Below are positions 45,066-56,165 of a DNA stretch of 64,000 nt, piece by piece. The stretch covers positions 1,018,995 through 1,082,994 of the forward strand of contig JAHBZH010000001.1 of the NCBI GenBank assembly GCA_019635535.1, given 5' to 3'. The position numbers and the translations under genes are program-made. Origin of the DNA: Sphingomonas sp. Its GTDB lineage: Bacteria; Pseudomonadota; Alphaproteobacteria; Sphingomonadales; Sphingomonadaceae. The stretch's first letter is position 1. Each line of letters starts with the position of its first letter. The notes under the pieces were generated by a model. That model was not told the DNA's origin. It ran no database searches and worked only from the letters and a program-made list of their open reading frames with translations.

Positions 45066-45221
45066 ATGAAGGACGGCGAACCAGGCAAACCGCGCAGCTG
45101 TCCGTCCTGCGGCGGCATGGGTTTGATCACCCAGCTGGTCGACGGCGTGATGCTGACGGTGCCATGCGCCTGCACGCGGCAGGGCCGGCAAGGGCATTTA
45201 TGGCCCCCGCGCAGGGGGTAG
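45066..45221 (+). CDS. 51-aa zinc-ribbon-like micro-protein (absent from the ORF track)
   Basis: MKDGEPGKPRSCPSCGGMGLITQLVDGVMLTVPCACTRQGRQGHLWPPRRG*; GGGA upstream. Confidence 0.5.
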   Translation: MKDGEPGKPRSCPSCGGMGLITQLVDGVMLTVPCACTRQGRQGHLWPPRRG

Positions 45222-45313
45222 AATCGTTCGCAGCTTCGCTGAAGCGGGCGGAGCAGCCCAAGGTTCCGGCGATGCGCAGCATCGTTGGAATGTCTGCGTA
45301 GGGTGGTACCGCC

Positions 45314-45338
45314 TCTGTTTCAGCAAAGCTGAAACAGA
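45314..45338. promoter_or_regulatory. Perfect 11-bp inverted repeat (operator or hairpin)
   Basis: TCTGTTTCAGC-AAA-GCTGAAACAGA. Confidence 0.4.
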
Positions 45339-45407
45339 CTCTAACGGCGGGGTCGCGCATCCATCCCTCGTCTTGCGTGGCGTGCGCTTTCCCGCCACTG
45401 CACCACC

Positions 45408-45857
45408 ATGCACACCCACCCGCTCGTCGGCCATGCGCCCGATCCCGATCATCCCGGCTGGTGGACATGGGATCTGCCGCGCGACGGGGGCTATTACGCC
45501 AATGTCGGCAAGCTCCTCGTCCGCGCGGACGGGCCGGGGCGGGCATTGTTTCGGATGTTCCCGGACGACAGCCATCGCAACCTGGAGGGCGGCGTCCATG
45601 GCGGGGCGCTGATGACCTTCATCGACATGGCGATGTTCGCGGGCGGCACGCTCGCCACCGGGACGGCCGTGATGGGTGTGACGCTGGATTGCCATGTGCG
45701 GTTCCTCGCGCCGGTCCGGCCGGGATCGCCGATCGATGCCGAGGTCGAGGTGCTGCGCCAGTCCGGCCGCACCCTGTTCGTCCAGGGGCGCGTGATCCAG
45801 GACGGCGAGACGGTCGCCTCCTATACCGGCGGCCTGCTCCGGACGGCCGGCGCGTGA
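45408..45857 (+). CDS. PaaI family thioesterase
   Basis: HRNLEGGVHGGALMTFID; hot-dog fold pattern. Confidence 0.85.
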   Translation: MHTHPLVGHAPDPDHPGWWTWDLPRDGGYYANVGKLLVRADGPGRALFRMFPDDSHRNLEGGVHGGALMTFIDMAMFAGGTLATGTAVMGVTLDCHVRFLAPVRPGSPIDAEVEVLRQSGRTLFVQGRVIQDGETVASYTGGLLRTAGA

Positions 45858-46966
45858 CCCCGCTCGCCGAGCGTTATCGCGCGCTGGTCGCGGCGGGCGA
45901 GCTGCGGCCCGACGCGGATCAGCAGCGGGCGGCGGCGGCGCTGGACAGGCTCGCCGTGCAGCTCGCCGAAGTGCCCAAGAAGGGCAGCATCCTGTGGCGG
46001 ATCGCGGGGCGGAAGGTGCCGCCGCCGGGCGGACTCTACATGTGGGGCGGGGTCGGGCGCGGCAAATCCATGCTGATGGACCTGGCGTTCGACACCATCA
46101 CCCATGAGCCGAAACGCCGCGTCCATTTCCACGAATTCATGCAGGAGGTGCACGAGCGGCTGCGCGCCGAGCGGGCGAAGGAAGCGGGCGATCCCATCCC
46201 GCCGGTGGCGAAGGCGATCGCCGCCGAGGCGCGGCTGCTCTGCTTCGACGAGATGGTGGTGAACAACAGCGCCGACGCGATGATCCTGTCGCGCCTGTTC
46301 ACCCAGCTCCTCGACGCGGGGGTGACGGTCATTACCACTTCGAACCGGCCGCCGCGCGATCTCTATCTGGGCGGTCTCAACCGCGAGCTGTTCTTGCCCT
46401 TCATCGCCCTGATCGAACAGAAGCTGGAGGTGGTCGGCCTCAACGGCCCCACCGATTACCGGCTCGAGCGGCTGGGCGGCATGCCGACCTGGCATGTGCC
46501 GAACGGGCCGCCGGCGTCGGCGGCCTTGTCCGAAGCCTTCTTCCGCCTCACCGATTATCCGCCCGAGGATCGCGCCCATGTGCCCACGGAGGAGCTGGCC
46601 ATCTCCGGCGGGCGCAGCCTGCATGTGCCCAAGAGCCTGAAGGGCGTCGCGGTCTTCTCGTTCAGGCGGCTGTGCGGCGAGGCGCGGGGCGCGGCCGACT
46701 ATCTCGCCATCGCGCGCCATTTCCATACCGTCCTGATCGTCGGCATTCCGCGCATGGGGCCGCAGAACCGTAACGAGGCGGCGCGTTTCGTCACGCTGAT
46801 CGACGCGCTCTACGAGCACAAAGTGAAGCTGCTCGCCGCCGCCGATGCCGCGCCGCAGAACCTCTATGTCGCCGGCGACGGCGCCTTCGAGTTCGAACGC
46901 ACCGCCTCGCGGCTCATGGAGATGCAGAGCGCGGACTACATGGCCAAGGGGCATGGCTTGGGATAG
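45854..46966 (+). CDS. zapE: AFG1/ZapE family ATPase
   Basis: GLYMWGGVGRGKSMLMD, HFHEFM, LCFDE, TSNR, FERTASRLMEM; GTG start overlaps the upstream TGA. Confidence 0.93.
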   Translation: MTPLAERYRALVAAGELRPDADQQRAAAALDRLAVQLAEVPKKGSILWRIAGRKVPPPGGLYMWGGVGRGKSMLMDLAFDTITHEPKRRVHFHEFMQEVHERLRAERAKEAGDPIPPVAKAIAAEARLLCFDEMVVNNSADAMILSRLFTQLLDAGVTVITTSNRPPRDLYLGGLNRELFLPFIALIEQKLEVVGLNGPTDYRLERLGGMPTWHVPNGPPASAALSEAFFRLTDYPPEDRAHVPTEELAISGGRSLHVPKSLKGVAVFSFRRLCGEARGAADYLAIARHFHTVLIVGIPRMGPQNRNEAARFVTLIDALYEHKVKLLAAADAAPQNLYVAGDGAFEFERTASRLMEMQSADYMAKGHGLG

Positions 46967-47098
46967 CGGGCTGGGGTATAAAAAATATAACCTAGACAGT
47001 AAAATTTTATGTTGAAAACACATAAAAGCTGTTCTAATAGGAAATATGCCAGCCCTAATGAAAGGGCAAACGGCATTGCCTTAGACAGGAGAAAACGC

Positions 47099-47806
47099 AT
47101 GCGCATTTATCTTCCCCGCAACCTCTTCCCGCAGATTCACGAAGATCCCGCTGTCAATCCAACGAGCCGCCGGAAGGTTGTCCTGCCACGGATCACCCGC
47201 CAGATCATGGAGGGGCAGGGCTATGTGTTCGGCAACAAAATCCGGGTGCCTGGCGGTTATGCTTTCGAGGCCACGGACCCGAACGGTCGTGCTTTGAAGA
47301 TCGGTCTCAAGACGGCGGTCAACCGTTGGCTCAATACCGCGACGACCTTGGTCGAAATGGTCGATACGGTAATCGTAACCACGTTCAAGTGGAATGAAGA
47401 GGACGAAAAGCCCGAGGCGCTGGAGCTGATTGAGGTTGCATCGGCCGATCTGCTCGGGATGGTTAAAAAGGTCCGGAGCGCCGCTCGCAAGGAAGGCCGG
47501 GATCCGAACGGCCATTACTACATGCCGCTCGATGAGGAGCTGATTGAAGGCGACAGTGTATGGTGCGCCGCCGGCGCGGTAATGAGCGTTGGCCGCCGTA
47601 TCTTCCGGTCCGAACCGGTCATCTGGGTTGCCGACGAGTGGGGCCGGACCGAAGCGACAAATGCTGGCACGCTCGCCGTCACTCCATCCGTCGAGGCATC
47701 GGCCCGGCCCGTCGATGTCGCGGCCATCGTGGCAGAGACGAAGGCTGTGCTCGCCGCCCAGCTCGGTGTGCCGACGAGCAATATCGATCTTTCGATCCGC
47801 TTCTGA
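47099..47806 (+). CDS. Hypothetical protein preceded by an AT-rich tract
   Basis: RBS AGGAG before ATG 47099; atypical codon usage. Confidence 0.7.
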   Translation: MRIYLPRNLFPQIHEDPAVNPTSRRKVVLPRITRQIMEGQGYVFGNKIRVPGGYAFEATDPNGRALKIGLKTAVNRWLNTATTLVEMVDTVIVTTFKWNEEDEKPEALELIEVASADLLGMVKKVRSAARKEGRDPNGHYYMPLDEELIEGDSVWCAAGAVMSVGRRIFRSEPVIWVADEWGRTEATNAGTLAVTPSVEASARPVDVAAIVAETKAVLAAQLGVPTSNIDLSIRF

Positions 47807-47871
47807 CCGCGTGCGACGACCGGTTGGCCGGTCGCCGCTGCCTAAGCGTCCAGGGCCCAGGCCTTGGACGC

Positions 47872-48402
47872 TTAGCGCAGCGCGGCCGCCAGTTCCTCTC
47901 CTCGCCCCGTCAGTCCGTAGATCGGCACCGGCGGGAAATCGTCCTCCAGCGCACGGCTGACCAGATCGGTCGCGAGCATCTGCTTCAGCGTCAGCGACAG
48001 CGCGCGCGGCGTCACCGGCGTCAGCGCGCCGCGCAATGCGGTGAAGCGCGCCGGCGCCTCGCGCAATCGCGCGACCACGGGCAGCGACCAGCGCGGCATC
48101 TGCCCGGGCTCCAGCCCCAGCCGCTCCCGCCCGGCCATCACCCGCGCGCAGAAGGCGGCGACCGGCGCGCCCGCCCCGGTCAGCACATATTCGGGGCGAA
48201 GCGGGTGGCCATGTCCCGGATTGCGGGCGAGCCAGCCGGCCGCTTCGAGCTGCGCCAGGCTCGTCGCCAGCGTGGAACGCGGCAGGCCGAGCCGCGCCAG
48301 CATCGCCGCGAAGCGCGCGCCGCCGCCCTCGTCCAGCACGGCCATCAGCGGGATCAGCCAGCGCCCCGCGATCAGCCGCCGCAATGCCTCGTCGCCGATC
48401 AT
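47872..48402 (-). CDS. HxlR-like regulator with two tandem winged-helix units
   Basis: RW.IP...L...ARF...L...L..LE..G...R...P.Y.LT..G pattern occurs twice. Confidence 0.75.
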   Translation of the reverse strand: MIGDEALRRLIAGRWLIPLMAVLDEGGGARFAAMLARLGLPRSTLATSLAQLEAAGWLARNPGHGHPLRPEYVLTGAGAPVAAFCARVMAGRERLGLEPGQMPRWSLPVVARLREAPARFTALRGALTPVTPRALSLTLKQMLATDLVSRALEDDFPPVPIYGLTGRGEELAAALR

Positions 48403-48475
48403 GCCCTCTTGCTACTACGCCCGAAAAGTATATGCGATATAAAAATCGAACTTAGATGATTCGAAAGGGTGGGAC

Positions 48476-48856
48476 ATGGCGATCGGTTATGACGGCGGGC
48501 TGACCTGTGCGCTGGGCGTGAAGAGCCTGGATGCGGCCATCCCCTGGTATCGCGACGTGCTCGGCTTCGAGCTCATCTACCGGTTGGAGGACATGGCCTG
48601 GTGCGAACTCAAGAGCGGTGTCGAGCGCGTCAATGTCGGCCTGTCCGAGGTCGAGGAGGCCGGCGGCAAGGGCGGCGCGACGCTCACCTTCGGCGTTCAC
48701 GACATCGAGGCCGCCAAGACCGAGTTGGACCGCCTCGGCGTTCGTCAGGACGGCCCGATCCAGGACATTCCCGGCATGGTCCGCCTGCTCACCTTCTACG
48801 ATCCCGACGACAATGCGCTGATGTTCTACCAGGATCTGAGTCAGGCCCATGGCTAG
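48476..48856 (+). CDS. VOC/glyoxalase family protein
   Basis: LGVKSLDAAIPWYRDVLGF, FGVHDIEAA, FYDPDDN. Confidence 0.88.
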   Translation: MAIGYDGGLTCALGVKSLDAAIPWYRDVLGFELIYRLEDMAWCELKSGVERVNVGLSEVEEAGGKGGATLTFGVHDIEAAKTELDRLGVRQDGPIQDIPGMVRLLTFYDPDDNALMFYQDLSQAHG

Positions 48857-49315
48857 GCTGCTGGCGGCCCTGCTGCTGCTCATCGCCGGGCCCGCGGCGG
48901 CGCAGGAGGCTACCCGCTCGCCTGGCTGGAGGGCCGCTGGCAGGGGCCGGGCACGATGCTCGGCAATGCCAGCGAGGCGGTGCTGGAGGTGCGACCCGCG
49001 CTTGGCGGCCGTTTCCTCGAATTCAGCTACCGCGCCGGCCGGTTCGAGGGCCGCGCCTTCTATCGTCCGGACGGCGAGGGCCGGTGGCGGGCGACCTGGT
49101 TCGACAATCGCGGCATCAGCTTCGGCATCGCCGCTGTGCTCGCCGAACGCACGCTCACCTCCGACTGGGGTTCGGCCGAAACCGAGCGCGGCCGGACCGT
49201 CTACCGGATGCTCGACGACGGCCGGCTGGAGGTGGTCGATACTGTGACGGCCCACGACGGCCAGGCCCGTGAATTCGCCCGCCACATCCTCTCCCGCGCG
49301 TCCTCGACCGAATAA
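48849..49315 (+). pseudogene. Exported protein split by a 1-nt deletion near 48912 (pseudogene or sequencing error)
   Basis: Signal peptide MARLL...AAAQEA in one frame continues as PLAWLEGRWQG...FDNRG in another. Confidence 0.65.
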
Positions 49316-49411
49316 GTCGAAAAAGGCCGCTCTCCCCGGTTGCCCCTCGCGCGCAGGGGGATTAAGCCCGCGCCACGTCCCGGCCGCCTTGCGCGGCCTC
49401 TTCGCATGTGA

Positions 49412-50398
<987 letters not shown>

Positions 50399-50420
50399 CG
50401 AGTTTCGCGAGGGGTTCGGG

Positions 50421-50999
50421 ATGAACAAGCGCGCATTTTTGACGGCAGCCGTTATGTTAGTCGCTTGCCCGTCTCATGCGGGCGCCGAACTTCAGCCTGA
50501 AGATGCCGGTCTTGTGCCGATGTTTTTGGAGACATGCACGCGTCCGGACATGAATGCGGACACCATTCTGTCAGGAGTCACCAGTTCCCCGGAATGGACC
50601 GAGGTCCCAAGCCCCGATGTGGATCTGCCCAAACTCGATCAGGTGCCGAGCCGTTTGGTTTCGGGCGCATATCGACGGCCCGATTCTGTTCGTCAGTGGC
50701 AGCGTACGCTTAATGGCCGGATGGTGACCTTGGTGATCGCGACGCTTCCGGCGCGCAACGTGTGTCGCCATGTCTGTGTCGTCTTCGCGCCAGATATTCG
50801 GAATGCCATGCCGTACCTTGACGCCATGGGCGAAGGCATGCGCGCTCTCGGGTTGTCTGGTCGGAGTACTGACCTGCCACATTACCGCGAATATGGGACG
50901 AGGCTAGCAGATCGTCGCCACGCGCATGCGGATATCTTTTCTCGATCGCAAGCCGTGTCGACAGCACGGACTATGCATCTCGCTATCATTTATCAATGA
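50421..50999 (+). CDS. Exported hypothetical protein with atypical codon usage
   Basis: Signal-peptide-like N-terminus; many T/A-ending codons. Confidence 0.65.
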   Translation: MNKRAFLTAAVMLVACPSHAGAELQPEDAGLVPMFLETCTRPDMNADTILSGVTSSPEWTEVPSPDVDLPKLDQVPSRLVSGAYRRPDSVRQWQRTLNGRMVTLVIATLPARNVCRHVCVVFAPDIRNAMPYLDAMGEGMRALGLSGRSTDLPHYREYGTRLADRRHAHADIFSRSQAVSTARTMHLAIIYQ

Positions 51000-51063
51000 C
51001 AGTTAGGGCGATTCGACAACCTGTCACTTTCGCCTCGAAGCCAGAATTAATCGAAGGAATACG

Positions 51064-51960
51064 ATGTCCATTCTCGTTAATTCCAACACCAGGGTCATCA
51101 CCCAGGGGATGACCGGCGAAACCGGCACTTTCCACACTCAGCAGGCCCTCGCCTACGGGACGAAGATGGTCGGCGGCGTCACGCCCGGGAAGGGAGGTCA
51201 GACCCATATCGGCCTGCCCGTGTTCGACACGGTCGCCGAGGCGGTCGCGAAGACCGGCGCGGACGCGAGCGTCATCTACGTGCCGCCGCCCTTCGCCGCG
51301 GATTCGATCCTGGAGGCGATCGACGCCGAAGTGCCGCTGATCGTCGCGATCACCGAGGGCATTCCGGTGCTCGACATGGTGAAGGTGAAGCGCGCGCTCA
51401 CCGGTTCGAAGTCGCGTCTGATCGGGCCGAACTGCCCGGGCGTGCTGACCCCGAACGAGTGCAAGATCGGGATCATGCCGGGCAACATCTTCCGCAAGGG
51501 CTCGGTCGGCATCGTCAGCCGTTCGGGCACGCTCACCTATGAGGCGGTGTTCCAGACGACCAATGCCGGGCTGGGCCAGACCACGGCGGTCGGCATCGGC
51601 GGCGATCCGGTGAACGGCACCAATTTCATCGACGTGCTGGAGCTGTTCCTGGCCGACGACGCGACCGAGTCCATCATCATGATCGGCGAGATCGGCGGCG
51701 ATGCCGAGGAGCAGGCCGCCCAGTTCCTCGCCGACGAGGCCAGGCGCGGCCGGTCGAAACCCACGGTCGGTTTCATCGCCGGGCGCACCGCGCCGCCGGG
51801 CCGTCGCATGGGCCATGCCGGCGCGATCGTCTCGGGCGGCAAGGGCGGCGCCGAGGACAAGATCGCCGCGATGGAAGCGGCTGGTATTCGCGTCTCCCCG
51901 AGCCCATCTGAGCTGGGCGAGACTTTGGCCGCTCTTTTGAAGGGCGAAGAGTTGGTCTAG
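51064..51960 (+). CDS. sucD: Succinyl-CoA synthetase alpha subunit
   Basis: [31 protein letters not shown]. Confidence 0.98.
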   Translation: MSILVNSNTRVITQGMTGETGTFHTQQALAYGTKMVGGVTPGKGGQTHIGLPVFDTVAEAVAKTGADASVIYVPPPFAADSILEAIDAEVPLIVAITEGIPVLDMVKVKRALTGSKSRLIGPNCPGVLTPNECKIGIMPGNIFRKGSVGIVSRSGTLTYEAVFQTTNAGLGQTTAVGIGGDPVNGTNFIDVLELFLADDATESIIMIGEIGGDAEEQAAQFLADEARRGRSKPTVGFIAGRTAPPGRRMGHAGAIVSGGKGGAEDKIAAMEAAGIRVSPSPSELGETLAALLKGEELV

Positions 51961-51998
51961 GCGCGTATGCGACGGCGTTGGAAAGCGTAGGCACGGGC

Positions 51999-54794
51999 AT
52001 GTACGGAGACGGCGAACAGGAGCGGGGCCCGAGCTGGGCGCGGGCGGGCTGGCCGCTGACCGATCTCGACGAGCGCAATGCCGGCCTCGATCCGACGCTG
52101 ATGGCGATCGAGAAGGTGGCGGAGAAGGCCAAGGCCGCCGCGTCCGCCGCCGGCAGGACCGGGGCCGAGGTCGAGCAGGCGGCGCGCGACGCCATCCAGG
52201 CGATGATGCTGATCCGCACCTATCGGGTGCGCGGCCATCTCGCCGCCGATCTCGATCCGCTGGGCCTCGTCCAGCGCGAGCTGCCCGCCGATCTCACCCC
52301 CGAATTCCACGGCTTCACCGGCGCCGCGCTCGACCGGCCGGTCTTCCTCGACGGCGCGCTCGGCTTCGAATGGGCGAGCGTGCGCGAGCTCGTCGCCGTG
52401 CTGCGCCGCAATTATTGCGGCAAGGTCGGCCTCGAATATATGCACATCAACGACCTCGCCGAGCGCCGTTTCCTGCAGGAGCGGATGGAGGGGCAAGAGG
52501 CCGAGATCCGCTTCACGCCGGAGGGCAAGCAGGCGATCCTCACCAAGGTCGTCCAGGCCGAGCAGTGGGAAATCTTCCTCGCCCGCAAATATGTCGGCAC
52601 GAAGCGCTTCGGGCTGGACGGCGGCGAGTCCATGGTCCCCGCGCTCGAGGCCGTCATCAAATATGGCGGCGGCTACGGCGTCCAGGACATCGTGATCGGC
52701 ATGGCCCATCGCGGCCGGCTCAATGTCCTCTCCAACGTGATGGCCAAGCCCTATCGCGCGATCTTCTCCGAATTCGCCGGCGGCTCGGCCAATCCGGAGG
52801 ATGTCGGCGGCTCGGGCGACGTCAAATACCATCTCGGTACCTCGTCCGACCGCGAGTTCGAGGGCATCCGGGTGCATCTGAGCCTCGTGCCCAATCCGAG
52901 CCACCTAGAGGCGGTCGATCCGGTCGTGCTCGGCAAGGCGCGCGCGCAACAGGTGGCGCGCGGCGACAGCGAAGGCGCGACGGTGCTGCCCGTCCTGCTC
53001 CACGGCGATGCCGCCTTCGCCGGCCAGGGCATCGTCGCCGAATGTTTCGGTTTCTCGGACCTGCCCGGCTACGACACGGGTGGTTGCCTCCATTTCGTGA
53101 TCAACAACCAGGTGGGCTTCACCACCTCGCCGCAATTCGCGCGGTCCTCGCCTTATCCGTCCGACATCGCCAAGATGGTCCAAGCGCCGATCCTGCACGT
53201 CAACGGCGACGATCCCGAGGCCGTCACCTTCGCGTGCAAGCTGGCGATGGAATATCGCCACAGCTTCAAGCGCGACGTCGTCATCGACATGTGGTGCTAC
53301 CGCCGCTTCGGCCATAACGAGGGCGACGAGCCGAGCTTCACCCAGCCGCTCATGTATGCCGAGATCCGCAAGCATCCGCTGGTGTCCGCGATCTATTCGG
53401 CCCGGCTGCGCGAGGAAGGCATCATCCCGGAAGGCTGGGTGGAAGGCGAGATCGCGGCCTTCACCGCCTTGCTCGAAAGCGAGTTCGAGGCGGCGAAATC
53501 CTATCTGCCCAACAAGGCGGACTGGTTCGAAGGCCGCTGGACGGGCCTCTCCAAGCCCAAGGGCGCGGAGGACGAGCGCCGCAACGCGCCGACCGGGGTC
53601 GATCCCGAGGTCATGGCCGATGTGGGCCGCACACTTACCACCGTTCCCGACGATGTCGCGGTCCACAAGACGCTGCGCCGGATCATCGGCGCGCGCGCCG
53701 AGATGTTCAAAAGCGGCGCGGGCTTCGACTGGGCGACCGCCGAGGCGCTCGCCTTCGGCACGCTGCTGCGCGAGGGCGTGCAGGTGCGCCTGTCGGGTCA
53801 GGACAGCGGGCGCGGCACGTTCAGCCAGCGTCACTCCGTCTGGGTCGATCAGGAGAACGGCGCCAAATATATCCCGCTCACCAAGGTCGGCCCCGGCCGC
53901 TTCGAGGTGCGCGACAGCCCGCTCTCCGAATATGGCGTGCTCGGCTTCGAATATGGCTATGCCAGCGCGGACCCGAAGACGCTCGTGCTCTGGGAAGCGC
54001 AGTTCGGCGATTTCGCCAACGGCGCGCAGATCATGATCGACCAGTTCATCGCCTCGGGCGAGGCGAAATGGCTGCGTGCCAACGGCCTCGTGATGCTGCT
54101 GCCGCACGGCTATGAAGGGCAGGGGCCGGAGCACAGCTCGGCCCGGCCCGAGCGGTTCCTGCAGCTCTGCGCCGAGGACAATCTCCAGGTCGCGAACTGC
54201 ACGACGCCGGCCAATTATTATCACATCCTGCGGCGCCAGATGCATCGCGGCTTCCGCAAGCCGCTGATCATCATGACGCCCAAGTCGCTGCTCCGGCACA
54301 AGCTCGCCGTGTCGAAGGCGGAGGAATTCACCGGCGAGAGCCATTTCCGCCGCATCCTCTCCGACCTCGCGCCGCCGGCTGACAAGGATGTGAAGCGGCT
54401 CGTCCTGTGCACCGGCAAGGTCGCCTACGAGCTGATGGAGGCGCGCGACGCGGCGGGCGACAGGAACACGTCTATCGTCCGGATCGAGCAGCTCTATCCC
54501 TTCCCGTCGGAGCCGCTCGTCCAGCGGCTGAAGCGCATGATCAGTCTCCAGGAGGTGGTCTGGGCGCAGGAAGAGCCGATGAACCAGGGCTATTGGGATT
54601 TCGTCGATCCGCGTATCGAACGCTGCCTCGACGAAGCGGGCGTGAAGCCGCGCCGCCCGGTTTTCGCCGGCCGCGCGCCCTCGGCCTCGCCGGCGACCGG
54701 CCTCGCCAAGCGCCATGCGGCGGAGCAGGCGGCGCTGATCGCCTCGGCGCTGGGTCACGACATCAAGGCGGCGCCGCGCCGCAAAGCGAGCTGA
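51999..54794 (+). CDS. sucA: 2-oxoglutarate dehydrogenase E1 (alternative TTG start 51978)
   Basis: KRFGLDG, GMAHRGRLN, GDVKYHLG, HGDAAFAGQG, WEAQFGDF. Confidence 0.98.
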   Translation: MYGDGEQERGPSWARAGWPLTDLDERNAGLDPTLMAIEKVAEKAKAAASAAGRTGAEVEQAARDAIQAMMLIRTYRVRGHLAADLDPLGLVQRELPADLTPEFHGFTGAALDRPVFLDGALGFEWASVRELVAVLRRNYCGKVGLEYMHINDLAERRFLQERMEGQEAEIRFTPEGKQAILTKVVQAEQWEIFLARKYVGTKRFGLDGGESMVPALEAVIKYGGGYGVQDIVIGMAHRGRLNVLSNVMAKPYRAIFSEFAGGSANPEDVGGSGDVKYHLGTSSDREFEGIRVHLSLVPNPSHLEAVDPVVLGKARAQQVARGDSEGATVLPVLLHGDAAFAGQGIVAECFGFSDLPGYDTGGCLHFVINNQVGFTTSPQFARSSPYPSDIAKMVQAPILHVNGDDPEAVTFACKLAMEYRHSFKRDVVIDMWCYRRFGHNEGDEPSFTQPLMYAEIRKHPLVSAIYSARLREEGIIPEGWVEGEIAAFTALLESEFEAAKSYLPNKADWFEGRWTGLSKPKGAEDERRNAPTGVDPEVMADVGRTLTTVPDDVAVHKTLRRIIGARAEMFKSGAGFDWATAEALAFGTLLREGVQVRLSGQDSGRGTFSQRHSVWVDQENGAKYIPLTKVGPGRFEVRDSPLSEYGVLGFEYGYASADPKTLVLWEAQFGDFANGAQIMIDQFIASGEAKWLRANGLVMLLPHGYEGQGPEHSSARPERFLQLCAEDNLQVANCTTPANYYHILRRQMHRGFRKPLIIMTPKSLLRHKLAVSKAEEFTGESHFRRILSDLAPPADKDVKRLVLCTGKVAYELMEARDAAGDRNTSIVRIEQLYPFPSEPLVQRLKRMISLQEVVWAQEEPMNQGYWDFVDPRIERCLDEAGVKPRRPVFAGRAPSASPATGLAKRHAAEQAALIASALGHDIKAAPRRKAS

Positions 54795-54804
54795 AGGGTA
54801 GAGA

Positions 54805-56067
<1,263 letters not shown>

Positions 56068-56072
56068 AGTCA

Positions 56073-56155
56073 GTTCCCCGGCGAAGGCCGGGGTCCAGGC
56101 GGCGCTACCGCGCCGTCTTTTGTTCAGGACTGGACCCCGGCCTTCGCCGGGGAAC
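56073..56155. repeat. REP-like palindromic element with perfect 26-nt arms
   Basis: GTTCCCCGGCGAAGGCCGGGGTCCAG ... CTGGACCCCGGCCTTCGCCGGGGAAC. Confidence 0.85.
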
Positions 56156-56165
56156 GAGGTAGAGA

